A stretch of DNA of 64,000 nt from Anolis carolinensis (lineage: Eukaryota): contig NC_085844.1 in assembly GCF_035594765.1 (NCBI RefSeq), positions 146,708,107 to 146,772,106 of the forward strand. Reading direction: 5' to 3'. The notes under the pieces were generated by a model. The model was not told the origin of the DNA, ran no database searches, and was given only the letters and a program-made list of their open reading frames with translations. A program made the position numbers and the translations under genes. Positions within the stretch are counted from its first letter, which is position 1. The number at the start of each line of letters is the position of its first letter. Shown here one piece after another: positions 1 through 12,603 of this stretch.

Positions 1-159
1 GATATCAGGCAGGATGCTCTGAACATCTGTAATATCTAATCCAGATTACTGTCAAAATGCTTTAATACATTGGGCTGCTGATGAATAGCGCCAGGAAACC
101 TCAGTGGGTCGAGAATATAGCAGGAAGAATATTAACAACCCTTATAGCCATGGTGAATG

Positions 160-460
160 TATTTCATTAGCTTCTAGTAAGTTCCCAGGTGCAATTCAAG
201 GTGGTAATTTTGGTCTTGAGAGTATGGAAAAGTATGAAACAATGTGGAACAAAAATATCTGAAAACCTATTTCCTCCCATATTAATCTGTCTGTTTGCTT
301 AAGTCATCCAAGGTTTTATGTCAGACAGTTGTCAACTGGAGACAGAGCCTTCTCTGTAGCAGCATCCCACCTCTGGACTCCCTTCCTTGGTATGGTATCC
401 TGAAATTCTCTTCCTAGATATGCTATCCCACCTCTGGAATTCTCTTCCTAGGTATGACTG
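160..460 (+). mobile_element. old L2 fragment
   Basis: CAATTCAAGGTG and GACAGAGCCTTCTCTGTAGCAGCATCCCACCTCTGG remnants. Confidence 0.55.
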
Positions 461-878
461 CCTGGTGATTGGTAGAAATTAACTGCATGATCCCCAAACA
501 TAGCTGATTTTCTGCTAGTTTTGCTTTCTGCTTTTGACTACTGCTTGTTTATATCGGATGTTTTTAGTTAACACAGACGTGTTACCTATAGACATGTGTT
601 TGTGTGTAAAACTGAGAGAGAAAAATGAGTTAATACTGTTAGTCAGGTACAAGTGACATGTGTTATGTTTAGGACATCATAACTGCTTCATATTCTCGTT
701 TGCGATTATGGCACTATTTTCATGACCACAAAGTCACCCTGAAAGTCACTTCAAAGCCAGTCAGCCATTCAGAGGTCTGAACTATTGATGCGTGGGACGC
801 TGAAGAATGATGTGACCAGTATCTTCTCTATGATGCAGTTTTCTGCTTACAGTGTCTTTCACGCATGTCATACTACAG

Positions 879-1013
879 CAGTGGTTCTCAAGCTGGAGTC
901 CCCAGATGTTTTTGGCCTTCAACTCCCAGAAATCCTAACAGCTGGTAAACTGGATGGGATTTCTGGGAGTTTTAGGTCAAAAACATCTCGGGACCCCAGG
1001 TTGAGAACCATTG
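879..1013. mobile_element. ~135 bp palindromic hAT-type MITE
   Basis: TIR CAGTGGTTCTCAA; 8-bp TSD tactacag/tcctacag; six further copies in window. Confidence 0.85.
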
Positions 1014-1330
1014 TCCTACAGGTTCCTACAACACAGATCTCAACTGCACTGAATTGTTGTCTGATTTTTGGGTTTCAGGGGCGGGATGGGAAGATAAAGT
1101 GTAGCCACAATATCCCGGCTACATACTTGATGCAAAATCTTAGACAAAATGTGTCAAATTAATATATATATATAATCAAGTGTTGTGGCCAACAATTCTT
1201 AGATGTTCCCAATTCTCACTGCTGCATGAGACAAGACCACTGACATGATGTCACATGAATGTGTTGTTTCAAATAACAGTTTTGTTCAGGCTTGTTCATA
1301 CACATTAAAAAAAATGAGAGATAGCTTTAC

Positions 1331-1950
1331 CTTGCAGTCCATCTTAAGTATATGGTGAGCAATCGTCTTTGCACTGTTGTTAGTGAAAAACTCCTTCACC
1401 CTTTTTAACATGGCTGTCTCCAAGGGTTTGTTTTCTGAGGGAAGGAGTTTTGACTCAAAATGGTTGGGCTGGAAACTGGAGACCATCTCAAGAACAGGCG
1501 CAACAAAGACGTCACTCTCGTTGCTCATCTCTGTCTGGGCTGTTAGTGGGTCCACAGAACTGAGGAAAGAATCTCTATTGTCCAGGACCAAATAGTTCGG
1601 CTCAGGATGTGTCCCATTCTCCTTAGTAGTCAGATAGTCTACAAAGTTGTTCTTCTGACATAAAGATTGCTTTGAAATTCTACAGTCTGCGGGAAGAGCT
1701 GCATTAAGTTCACAATAGAGCACTTCTGAACCGTGTGATGGCCTCAGAAAGGGCACTTTACTGGGTTTAGGGGGAGGCTTCGGGTAGAGCTGGCTATCTG
1801 AACCCCTGAGAACATCATTTATTTGCAACTCAGAAGCAAATCTCCGAAACATCAAGGGACTCAGAGCAGGTTCGCTGCCTGTCCTGAAGGCTGGAGACTT
1901 TCGGCAAGGACTGGTTTCTGCTTCAGTTCCCTGAGACAGGTGTCTTGAAC
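1331..1950 (-). CDS. BCAR3: BCAR3 Pro/Ser-rich exon and start of the RasGEF-like domain
   Basis: ccag acceptor, AAG|gtaaag donor, 620 nt, phase 1-0; RTGSEPALSP, LRGSDSQLYPKPPPKP, YCELN, FESKLLPSENKPLETAMLKRVKE. Confidence 0.96.
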
Positions 1951-2379
1951 CTGGAGGTCAATATGGGAAAGAAATGAGACAGTATTAACAGATGTCAAAT
2001 GGCAAAAGACCATGAAATGCTGGTGAAATCTCAATGGCAACTGAAGCAAACAGAGAGACAGGAAAGACGACTTCCCAACCCATCTCAGAGCACACAGCAA
2101 AGAGTTGGGAGCTAAGGAGTCACACGGTTTGGTCACAAAAAACCACAAAGTGTGTCAGGCATTCCTCCTCATCCCAACAGTTTCACAGGTAGAGTATAAG
2201 GAGGTGTTGGGAGCTCTCAAGGACAAATCATCTCATTAAATGTCTTATACAAAATTTAACAGGAAGTAATTTCATTCTCTCTGTTTTTTAGAGAAAACAA
2301 GATTATTCCTACAAAAGCACTCACTCACAAACCTAACTGGCAGATTTTCATGTTTGAGAGAGTGTGCGTAAACAAAATG

Positions 2380-2420
2380 CATCATCATCATAATCATCAT
2401 CATCATCATCATCATTATTA
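2380..2420. repeat. (CAT)n microsatellite
   Basis: Direct reading. Confidence 0.9.
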
Positions 2421-2480
2421 ACTTTTTCAATGTTTATGTCTTATATAACAGGTTGTGTTTTTTAATTAAATTTTAGTGTA

Positions 2481-2727
2481 TTTTTTCTGTGTCAGGAGTG
2501 ACTTGAGAAACTGCAAGTCGCTTCTGGTGTGAGAGAACTGGCCATCTACAAGGACGTTGCCCAGAGGATGCTGGGATGTTTTATCATCCTGTGGGAGGCT
2601 TCTCTCATGTCCCTGTATGAGAAGTTGGAGCTGACAGATGGGAGCTCACCCAGATTCGAACTACCAACTATTCAGTCAGCAATCCTGCCAGCTCAAGGGT
2701 TTAACTCATTGTGCCACTGGGGACTCC
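2481..2727 (-). mobile_element. AnolisSINE2-type SINE
   Basis: GGGACATGAGAGAAGCCTCCCAC core, TCAAGTCACTCCTGACAC-polyA tail. Confidence 0.85.
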
Positions 2728-4141
2728 CTTTTAATTTTAGTGGTTAAGTCATAATTTGTTTATATATGTTGGGTTGTCAATTTTCGTTATTATGGGTGTA
2801 TTTTTGTTGTGTTCGGGCATTGAATGTTTGCCTTTTATGTTTGGAATCTGCACTGAGTCCTTCTGGAGAGATAGAGCAGAATATAAATAAAGTTATTATT
2901 ATTATTTATTTATTTATACAGCACCTCCCCCCCCCCGAGAGGATTCAAGGCAGCTAACAGTCAAAGCAGAAGTTTACTCCAATCAGATGCCTTCCATATA
3001 TGTTTGGTTGCAGTTCATTCCGAGACTGCATAACCAAACATAGCTTTTCCAAGCTCTGTCATTCTCTTCAATTCATCTACAGTATTTATATAATTTATAT
3101 CCTGTCTTTCTTCCAAAGGGGAGGGTCCCAAGGTGGCTTACCAAAATAAAAAATAGCTATAACAATATATAATAAGTCTTTTAAAACAATTACACAAAAA
3201 CACAATCAAAAAGTAATCTGAATAGTCCATGACACCACATTAGGGTGCCTTGTATGGCTTTCTGGGACTGCTTATTCTTCTCTGATGGGAAATCTTTCAG
3301 ATTACTTGAATTCTTCACAATGCCACATACTGAAGATGTGTCACTTACAGAAGGGTGGGGAAACACACATGTTCCTGGATTACAAGTCTGAGATACCCCA
3401 GCCAGCAAATCCAGTGGCGAGGCATGCTGGGAGTTGTATTACAACATAATGTAGAAGGCCACCATGACTTGAATGAAGTTCACTGGGAAACTCCACCCAA
3501 ATGGTTCCCCTTCTGCTATGCAAAGTGGCTGTACTGTCACATTGCTCAGTGGTGACTGTGATAATATTATGGGCTCTACAGTCAGAGGTGGAACATCTCC
3601 AGGGCTTTAAACAGGAGCCAGTTTGTAACAGAAGCTGACGGGCAAAAGCAGAAACAAGAGAGTGTGACTCATAGGAAGAGTCCCACATTTTGTATGGAAA
3701 GAACATTTCCTGTAAAGAGAACCTGAGTACATAAGGAGTTATGACAAGCATGAACTCCGAGGGGCTGCATGGCTCACTCGGGATCAATCAGAATGTTAAT
3801 TGCTTCCAGAAGGGAGGAACATACCAGAAAAGGCATTTGAGGCCCAGTCTTTGAAGAAGCAAAACTCTTTCTGACGTAATAGTAGATCTTGTTGATGGGA
3901 AACTTTAACTGGGGTGGAGGAGAGAACAGAGCCATCACCCTCTCCCCCCTTAAAATGACATGAGGCCAAGCCCATTAAATGTTCTTCCAATTTGATTGAT
4001 TCCTCAAAATTAAAAGAATATAGCAAGGACCACACTGGATCAAAGAGAAGCCCCATTTAACTAGATCTCCTGTTACTATTCTGCCCAAATAGATGCCCCT
4101 GGGAGACCAATAAGTTAGACATGACAACAATAGACTCCTTG

Positions 4142-4317
4142 TCTGGTCATGTAAGTGTGATTTATTGTCTGGTCATGTAAGTGTGATTTATTGTTATAAT
4201 TGTATTATTTTACTTTGTTTAATAATGTGTATTATGTTGTTATGTAATGTTTGTGTTGCTTTTATTACTGTAAACCGCCCTGAGTCCCATTCGGGAGATA
4301 GGGCGGTATATAAATAA

Positions 4318-4368
<51 letters not shown>
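4142..4368 (+). mobile_element. L2-clade LINE 3' end with (TTA)n tail
   Basis: TGTAAACCGCCCTGAGTCCC...GGGCGG stem-loop; near-identical to 35582-35731. Confidence 0.85.
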
Positions 4369-4585
4369 GTCAAGTTTGCGAGAACTGGATAATTTATTTT
4401 CAGGAAGGAAGAGGTGGGACATACAAGTAATGGAGAAACATGCCCTTCTCTGGCCTGATGGTTATTTCGGTCACACTAATAAATTTCTAGTGTCGCAGTA
4501 AACAAGTACACAGGTAGCATTACCAGCAAAATGATTTATAGGAAATTAAGAAAAGAAAAATTGGCCAAGACTGCAGGTCTATTGG

Positions 4586-4891
4586 GTAAGGTAAAGGTTT
4601 CCCCTTGACATTAAGTCTAGTTGAGTCCGATTCTGGGGGGTGGTGCTCATCTCAATTTCTAAGCCAAAGAGCCGGTGTAGGTGCCTCCTAGGTCATGTGG
4701 CCAGCATGACTGTATGGAGCACCATTACTTTTCTGCTGAAGTGGTACCTATTGATCTACTCACATTTGCATGTTTTTTAACTGCTAGGTTGGCAGAAGCT
4801 GGGGCTAACAACGAGAGCTCCCTCTGTCCCACGGATTCAAACCACCAAGTTCTGCAGTTTAGTGGTTTAACCCGCTGTGCCACCTCAGCTC
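4586..4891 (-). mobile_element. Sauria SINE
   Basis: tRNA-like head, GTGAGTAGATCAATAGGTACC core, (ACCTTT)n tail. Confidence 0.9.
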
Positions 4892-5024
4892 CCCCACTTC
4901 TAAAACTTTTTAAACTTTTTTGTCTACTGGGACAAGACAAAATATACAACTTGCCAAGAGAATCTTTAAAGCAGAAGTTCTGTGAAGAGCATACCCCATT
5001 AATCAATCTCCACTTCAAACATAC

Positions 5025-5125
5025 CTATTGGAAGAAAACTTTCTGACTGGTGAGCCTTGAGAGGGAACCTTTTCTCCTGCACATGGTCCAAACATGCTGG
5101 GTGACTCCCACTTTTTTCTTTGTTT
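5025..5125 (-). CDS. BCAR3: BCAR3 linker exon, (R)NKEKSGSHPACLDHVQEKRFPLKAHQSESFLPI(G)
   Basis: ctttcag acceptor, G|gtatgt donor, 101 nt, phase 2-1; correct frame not shown in the ORF track. Confidence 0.94.
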
Positions 5126-5686
5126 CTGAAAGGAGAGAAAGAAAAATGGTCCAATATGATACTTTTGACAGTTCAGGGTTACATTTCCACATGCTTCCTT
5201 GTCTCCTTCAGCAGCCAATTTAGTTCTGGGGAGAGGAATGAGGGAGGTATACACACAAAGAAAAAGGTGTGCCACTTGTAGGGCCAGCCCAGGACCTTTT
5301 GCATGGTGCATCCAGACTGACTAAGAAGTTCCAAAACATCTTGTCAAAATTGAAGCCAAACTGTTTTATTCGTGTGAAATTTTGAAGTTCAGTTTTGTTT
5401 TTAATTGCTGAGTAACAAACAATGCTATACAAGGTGTTTTTCTATCTTCCTTGAAAGTAGTAGTCCCAAATTCCAAATACACCTGGCAGAAGCTGTGCTG
5501 GAGGACCTGGGTAACAACTAAAGACGACATATTTTGTCAGATATTAGTAAATGAAATGGGGGAGACTACTTCTGCAAATACAAGAGCCATATTATTAAAA
5601 ATATAGCTTTAATTGATTAATCTATTTCTGACATTATTTAAAATAACACCATGGGGGCAAACTGCAGTGAAGCCATTTTCTTAAAG

Positions 5687-5821
5687 CAGTGGTTCTCAAC
5701 CTGTGGGTCTCCAGATGTTTTGGCTTTCAACTTCCAGAAATCCTAACAGCTGGTAAACTGGCTGAGATTTCTGGGAGTTGTAGGTCAAAACACCTGCAGA
5801 CTCGCAGGTTGAGAACCAGTT
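5687..5821. mobile_element. ~135 bp hAT-type MITE
   Basis: Same family as 879-1013. Confidence 0.85.
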
Positions 5822-6011
5822 TTTAAAAGTCTATCAGAAGGTGGAGCTGAGACTGTATCAGAGCAAGAATATGGGGGGAAGCTTTTTCACTTGTAATGTT
5901 TACAAAATAATACTCATCACACAGTAAAGATATGGAAAGTCCCACTAGAGATATAGTCCTTTTGAGGTGCAATTGTGTCTTGAAGTGCTTCAGAGGAGAA
6001 GGCTGCAGTAC

Positions 6012-6454
6012 CTTAAAAGATTTCCCCGAACTGAATTCTGCTCCCTGGCCAGGCGGTTGCACATATTGAGGCTGAGCCTTTTTGGAGTATCGACTTGTCC
6101 TTCAGGAATGCTGCCTTCTCTTTGCATGCCTGGGGAAATGCCATATTTCTCCTCCAGACAACGCAAGGGAACAGTCCTGTTGATGGGCTGAAATATAATT
6201 GCTCCGCTCTGCTTTGATATCGGCCGGCGGTTTCCTACATAGCACCGAACCAGGCCGGGGATGCTGTCAAAACTTTCGTCTTCAAAGCAGTACTGAACGC
6301 GGCAGTAAGCTTCATTGAGCCTCAAGATGGTTTTATTGATCTTGAAATGCTGAGAGATGTTTTTCCACTGACAAGTAAGGACAAAATTCCCAGGGCTGGA
6401 AAGCGAGTCCCGAATCAAGAAATCTCCATCTCTTTGAATGAGGCTTTCTGCCAC
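6012..6454 (-). CDS. BCAR3: BCAR3 exon encoding the SH2 domain core
   Basis: ttttag|GTG acceptor, AG|gtactg donor, 443 nt; GDFLIRDS (FLVR-type) motif, FDSIPGLVRCYVGNRRPISKQSGAIIFQPINRTVPLRCLEEKY. Confidence 0.97.
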
Positions 6455-7194
6455 CTAAAAATGGAAACAAATGAACTGTTATTGGATACTCATGTGAATT
6501 ACATTATTTTACTGAAATCCATAGTCTAAGTTGTTTTTAAAATTTTTGCTAAAACAAGAGCACTCGTTGACACAAACAGTTTTCTTTTCCAAAAATGGGG
6601 TGTTCGTGGGACGCCAAATTATGAAAAACCTAGTTTCCCACATATTCCCTATTCCAATGTGTCACAATCTTTCAGCCATGTTCGGCAGACTCCACTAAAC
6701 TTTGTTCCTTTCGCCTTTCCAGAGATTGTCTTACTCAATAACTCTTTTCTGTGCTAGTGTCAGATTTTACTCAACCATGCTCTCTGTTTTCTGGCATTGT
6801 CCAAGGTTCCCAGTGGCTGACACAGATAATTTTAGCTCCTGTTAAAAAAATTGGCTCTTGTAAAAAGATTTGAAATGACTTCTCAGCTGAAATTCTGACT
6901 GATATAAAAACAGAGGTAGAATCCAAAAAATAATGAGAAATATGAAAAGACTATATCATCTTGGAACAACCATTCTTTTACAGACTGGATGACCTCACAG
7001 GGCTCTCTGGAGGGGAGAAAATATGGAAGCAGGAGAGGCCCACTGAAGAAAAGGCAGTATATAAATACAGCGAAAAAAGAAACTAAAGTGCATATTTAAC
7101 AGTGCTCCGTCAGCAAGGGCATCCTCATGCACTTTAATTAAAAGGCGAATTACAGAGCACATAAGACTCTGAACAGGGAGCAATGACCTCAAGT

Positions 7195-7500
7195 ATGTTG
7201 CTGTTTACACTCGATCAGGATTATAGTTTGCCTTCTTACTCCAAACAGCTGATTGCCATTTGTATACTGTACTCAACTGTGAAGAGCTTCAATCATCAGG
7301 GAGTGAGAGTCGCTCTAACCTTCAGAACACACCTCATTCACTTTGTTTCCCACTCAGATGAAGTTGCCTGCTGTGTTTTCAATCACAACACAACTAATTA
7401 TGGACTGCAAGAGCTCACAGCAGAACAAACCATTTAATCTCCAAGGCTCCTCATTGAACTCTTTGTTCTCATTTGCTGCTACAGAATAAGCAACAAATAC
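7195..7500 (+). repeat. unclassified interspersed repeat, copy 1
   Basis: Reverse-complement similarity to 25120-25435. Confidence 0.75.
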
Positions 7501-7591
7501 TTTTGGAATTTTTCGAGGGACAACAAACTCAAATCTGTGAAATGATCAGAATGCAAAGAGCTTTGGGTACAGCTGTGCTAGAAAGACGCAC

Positions 7592-7918
7592 GGTAAAGGT
7601 AAAAGTTTTCAGCATTAAATCTAGTCGTGTCCAACTCTGGGAGTTGGTGCTCATCTCCATTTCTAAGCCAAGAGCCAGTGTTGTCTGTAGACACCTCCAA
7701 GGTCATGTAGCTGGCATGACTGCATGGAGCGCCGTTACCTTCTCACCGGAGCTGTACCTATTGATTTACTCACATTTGCATGTTTTCTAACTGCTAGGTT
7801 GGCAGAAGCTGGGGCTAATAGCGGTAGCTCATGCCACTCCCCGGATTTGAACTGCCGACCTTTCGGTCAGTAAGTTCAGTATCTCAGCAGTTTAACCTGC
7901 TGCACCACCGGGAGCTCC
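7592..7918 (-). mobile_element. Sauria SINE
   Basis: Full-length head, core and tail. Confidence 0.9.
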
Positions 7919-7949
7919 AGAAAGACACAAAGCTGTGATGAAACACCGA

Positions 7950-8140
7950 TGCTGCCGTTTCGTGCCTTCATGCCATTCATGACTTATGGTGATTGTAAGA
8001 TGATCTTATCACAATAGTTTCTAGGGCTGAGTGTCTGTGGCTTGCCCAGTATCACCCAGTGGATTTCTGTGGCTGAGTGGGGAACTGAACTGTGGTCTTC
8101 AGAGTCAAAGTCTAATACTCAACCCATTATACCACGCTGG
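7950..8140 (-). mobile_element. older tRNA-derived SINE with BovB-like tail
   Basis: A/B-box-like head and GAAGGCAC tail; related copy at 50680-50825. Confidence 0.55.
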
Positions 8141-8974
8141 TTATCATGTTCCAACATGGAAAGGTACGAAACAACAGAATCCACTGTATAAGCTGCACTC
8201 TCTTCTCAGTAACTCAATCACTTGTCCCAATCAAAAGCATAGTGTTTGTTATTATCCATGGTATCAATGCAAAATTTGGAAAGATCTGCCTTGTGGATAC
8301 AGAGGTTATACTGTAATGGTACTTGCACTTTGGTAAAACCCCTACACCATATGTCATGATACATTAAAATCATTGATACAATAAATATGCCCTGTTTTAA
8401 AAGCTGTAAGTAATACAGTAATACCAAACAGCAACAGAACAACAAAAAGTGGCAAGAATGAGTTTAATCCTTTCCTCCTATTAGTGGTCCAAATGAAAAT
8501 TACTCCACTTCCCTAACTCCTATTTTCAGTGAGATGGAAGTCACTTTGGGAGAACAGTCAACATTAGGATGTGGGATAAGAAGGCGTCAGCTCATTATTA
8601 TAACCTCTGATCCCAGTGCTTTTCTTCCTTGGCATTGTTGATATATGTTAAGACATTAAATCAATGTCATGCCTACATTATTCCAAATGCCAGGCATAAT
8701 GTTATGAGGCAGAAAAAGTAGTAGACTTAGCTCTGCTTCCTTATCGAAGTGTCCTAGGGAATACCTCAGCTGTGACCATGATGGATATCAAAGGTTTTTC
8801 AGCTAAGAATGAGTGGAAAGAAGCAGAGGAACTATCTTATTTCCATTCAGTCATCAGAGATAAGGAGGGAAGTTAATACGTGATCAGGGCCTGAGGAGAG
8901 CAGGAGAAGCTATTGGACTGAATGGAAACTCCTACAGGCTACACCTAGACCAGATATTGAGATTTCATGTCCTA

Positions 8975-9183
8975 GAGTGCATCTACACTGGGAAATTAAT
9001 GCAGTTTGACACCTCTTTAGCTACCATGGAATTCTGGGATTTGTAATTAGGTGAGTCACCAGCCATTTTTCACAGAAAAGTTTAAAGACCTTGGAAAATT
9101 ACAACACCCATGATTTTATAGAATTGAGCCATGGCAGTTAAAATATTGTAAAACTGCCTTCATTTTATAGTGCATATGCACCC
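8975..9183. mobile_element. PIF/Harbinger-like MITE (degenerate)
   Basis: GAGTGCATCTACACTG...TAGTGCATATGCACCC inverted ends; related ends near 42540 and 62555. Confidence 0.55.
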
Positions 9184-9193
9184 CAGTCATATT

Positions 9194-9290
9194 GACCCTG
9201 GTGGTGCAATGGGTAAAATCGCTGAACTACTGAACTTGCTAACCGAAAGTTCGGCAGTTCGAATCCGGGGAAAACCTTTATCTTTCCCTC
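9194..9290 (+). mobile_element. internally deleted Sauria SINE
   Basis: Head with B box GTTCGAATCC joined directly to tail GGGGAAAACCTTTA; 17-bp TSD with one mismatch. Confidence 0.85.
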
Positions 9291-10570
9291 TGCACTCCAG
9301 TCATATTAATTCCCAAATAATTTCCTTCTTTTATCCCTAGGCCAGTAAATCCTAACATATCCACCATTTCCAATTGCCAGGAACAAGTTTTTTAAATAAA
9401 TAAATATGCAAATTTTAAAGGGAAAAAAAACCCTTGAAACTATGTCCCGATATTCAAAGATGTCAGATGTTCAGTTTGGCAGCTGGATGGATGAAAGGGG
9501 GAAGGAGGTGAGCTGCCCACCTGTGATTCAATAAAATACTCAGGAGAAAAAAATATGTGAGTCGCACACTATTTTAGTGTCTTTATCACTGGGTGAAAAG
9601 ATTTACTGCAAGGTGAAAGGATTCTCTGAGAAGTACAGACAGATAAATCTGCTAAAAACTTGATGAATGACATACGATGCTACATATAAGGTTCAATTGG
9701 GGAAAGGGACACATGTGAGGTGTCTGAATGCCATTAGTTTTGTTAGAATATCAAGAGAAATATTGAGATTATACTAAAGATCATAGAATAACCTCCAAAC
9801 TCCCGTAAATGTAGCTTGCTTAGGCTTCCATAGAAGCACAAGTGTTTCATCTGAATGGCTCTAAAATGTCATTGTCAGTCAATGCATTCCCTCAATGGAT
9901 TTCATATTCTGGTCTTCTTTACTGTAGTGTAATTAATTCACAACCTTGGAATAGTATTGTTAATGAATTCTCATTTATCATCAAAGAAGCTTTAGTTAAT
10001 AAACATGTAAATTTCGTGGCCATTGGTTTCTGTTGTCCCTGAATGGTTTCCAGGACTGATATCCACAGGGAACTCGGAAGATCTGCATTTTGATCACCAA
10101 CTCATGCTGTTTCAGTTGCATTTGATTAAAACAGTAACGGCTGCTTTCAGACAGATGCTGGGGTCCATGTAAAAATTATTAGAAAAGCCATGAGAGAAGG
10201 AGAGAATAAATGTCACTTAACATCTTAAACGTTCCAAATATGGATTCCTGAAAAATCATTCCCACAATATTGTTAGAGATGGGAAGGCCTGTAAAAAAAC
10301 CAGTTTCCCCCATTTTTTCCCAGTTTTTTCTGGTTATTTTCAGCCCGTGTCCCATTTTTGCATTTTTCCCCAGGCCTTCCCACCTCCAGATATTGGTCAT
10401 GTTTAGCCAGGTTTAAAATTACCGCATTCACATTTCCTGTTAAAATGATGGCATTATGTAGCCACAGTAATATGTAGTATGTGCTTTTAAAAATATTGCT
10501 ATTAGAAGCCCTGCAATCAAAATGATCAGTGAAAAAATATGTATATACTTGAGTTATTTATTTATTTATG

Positions 10571-11600
10571 CATATAATAAAAGTGAAAATCTGTATGTGT
10601 GTATGTGGCAGAGGTGTCCACTCACACAGACAGCCTCCGGCCTTCACAAACAGGCTATAGTTCCCAGTGCTGTGGAGCCACCAAGTCACTCTCTCCCAGG
10701 ACATTGCAGGTTACAGCGAGCACATCTCAGTGTTCCTTTCTCTCTCCATTTGCATGGCCCCGCCTACTGCCTCTCCCTTAATCCTTTCTTACCCTTTCCT
10801 ATGCACACAGCAAACAAAGGAATTGATCAGTAACTGAACATACCGGAGAGGTTTGGGGAGAATTCACCATGATTTATAGGAGTTGTAGGGACTGGGATGT
10901 ATAATTCACCTGCAATCTGAGAGCACTCTGAACCCCACCAGCGATGGACCTGGCACTAACTTGGCACACAGATCCAACATGGCCAAATTTGCATACTGGC
11001 AGGGTTTGGAGGTGATTGACCTTGACATCCACCCATATTCAGAGAACACTGAACCCATCTGATGATGGATCTGGACCAAACCTGGTATACAAATTCAACA
11101 TTGCCAACTGGAAACACTAGTGGACTTTAGAGGTGATTGTCCTTTATCTCTGGGAGTTATAGTTCACCTGTATTTCGTGAGCCTTCTGACCCTACCAATG
11201 ACAGATTTGGACTAAACTTGGTACACAGACCCAATGCTGCCAACTTGGGGTGATTGACCTTGGCATCAGAGAGTTATAGTTCACCTGTATTCAGGGAACA
11301 CTGAACCCAGCAGATGACAGATCTGGGCCAAATTTGGCACACAGACGCAACATGGCCACCTGTGAATACTGGAGAGTTTTGGGAGGATTGTCCCAAGATT
11401 TTTGGGAATTGTAGTTCACCCACATCCTTATGCATTTTCTAATTGGAGCATTCATAAAAAACAACAGGAAAGACTGAGTTTTTTCTAAGAAATAATGTAA
11501 CATATGACCAAACTGATATTACCTAATATCAAAAAAAAAACACAAAAAAAAAACAAGGCCCTTTTCAAATAACTTGGGCACTGCTGGGTACCCAAGCTAG
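10571..11600 (+). mobile_element. non-autonomous Helitron with internal ~125-bp tandem repeats
   Basis: 5' ATATAATAAAAGTGAAAA, 3' hairpin CTTGGG...CCCAAG then CTAG|T, no TIR or TSD; 4-5 degenerate repeat units 10875-11425. Confidence 0.75.
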
Positions 11601-12603
11601 TTTTAAAATAAACATATTCAATATGTACTTATTTGGGTGTTCAAAAAACTGAAGGCCTTTTGTACAGGAAAAGCTATCAGAGAACAATAGAAAAAAGGCA
11701 AAATATAAAAACCATAAGAATTTGACTGCTATATGTAAAACTGAAAGCTGATATTTTCAGGACAGATAGGTTTTGTAGCATGTAGTATATTCTGTACTTA
11801 TGTGACAAACCTATAAACAGGGTTTTCCCCTGACATGAACACATGGCTGTATTCCCAACTACAGACATTTAAGACATGGTACAGAAGATTATTTTAGATC
11901 TCAAATGCTAGTGATATAATTGGATTCAGAAGCTAAGTATACAAGTTCATGGAGAGTTAGAATGGGTCAAAGGATACAACTAACTAAGGGATTTCAGCAT
12001 TGATCACGTTTCTCTATTCAGTCGCAAGATGAATGATAATTAAAGGTAAAGAAAGCAATCCTGGGATCTTCCATACTTGAATGATTCACTACTGCTCTAA
12101 ATGGGCAACACATACAACAGAGTTCTACCAGACTAAAACTTGGAAAAGTTATATTTCTGGACTGCAACCTTCATAGTTCCCCAATCTGCTACTATGATGC
12201 GTAGTGGGCGATTCTAGGACTTTTGCTCCCAAAAAAGTAATTTTTCCAAGTTCCAATCAGATTGATACTCCTCTTGCTGGAAGAAATAACTTTCTGTTTC
12301 ATTTTCACTTATGTATATAAATGCTTCTCTAATCCGAACGATTTGTTCAGGTCATCTCACTGCTTTTAAAAATAAGTGATAGATGTGCCCTATCATTCAT
12401 ATTCCTGTCTTAAATATTTCTGATCAACTGGATCCAGTTTGAAAAAAAAAGGAGGACAAGGAGGAGGAGGAGGAGACGTAACCTTATTGCTTCCCTTGAA
12501 ATGCTGGGTAGAATGATAACATAGCTAAATGTCACAAGCAAAACCAAATGGAGGAAAACAAGCTGGCAGAAGTGCCTGAATGGGGGACTAAGGCAAGACG
12601 TAC

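Noticed and set aside
71-112. CTGATGA...GAAAC hammerhead-like motif
   Set aside because: Stem II does not pair and stem I is unconvincing
785-1162. 125-aa plus-strand ORF
   Set aside because: Runs through a hAT MITE, antisense to BCAR3, no recognisable domain
1-1330. Next RasGEF-domain exon
   Set aside because: No VARIL...GLELITLP-like sequence found; it presumably lies left of the window
10875-11425. Repeat array as CRISPR-like
   Set aside because: Whole units are homologous with no unique spacers; eukaryotic Helitron interior
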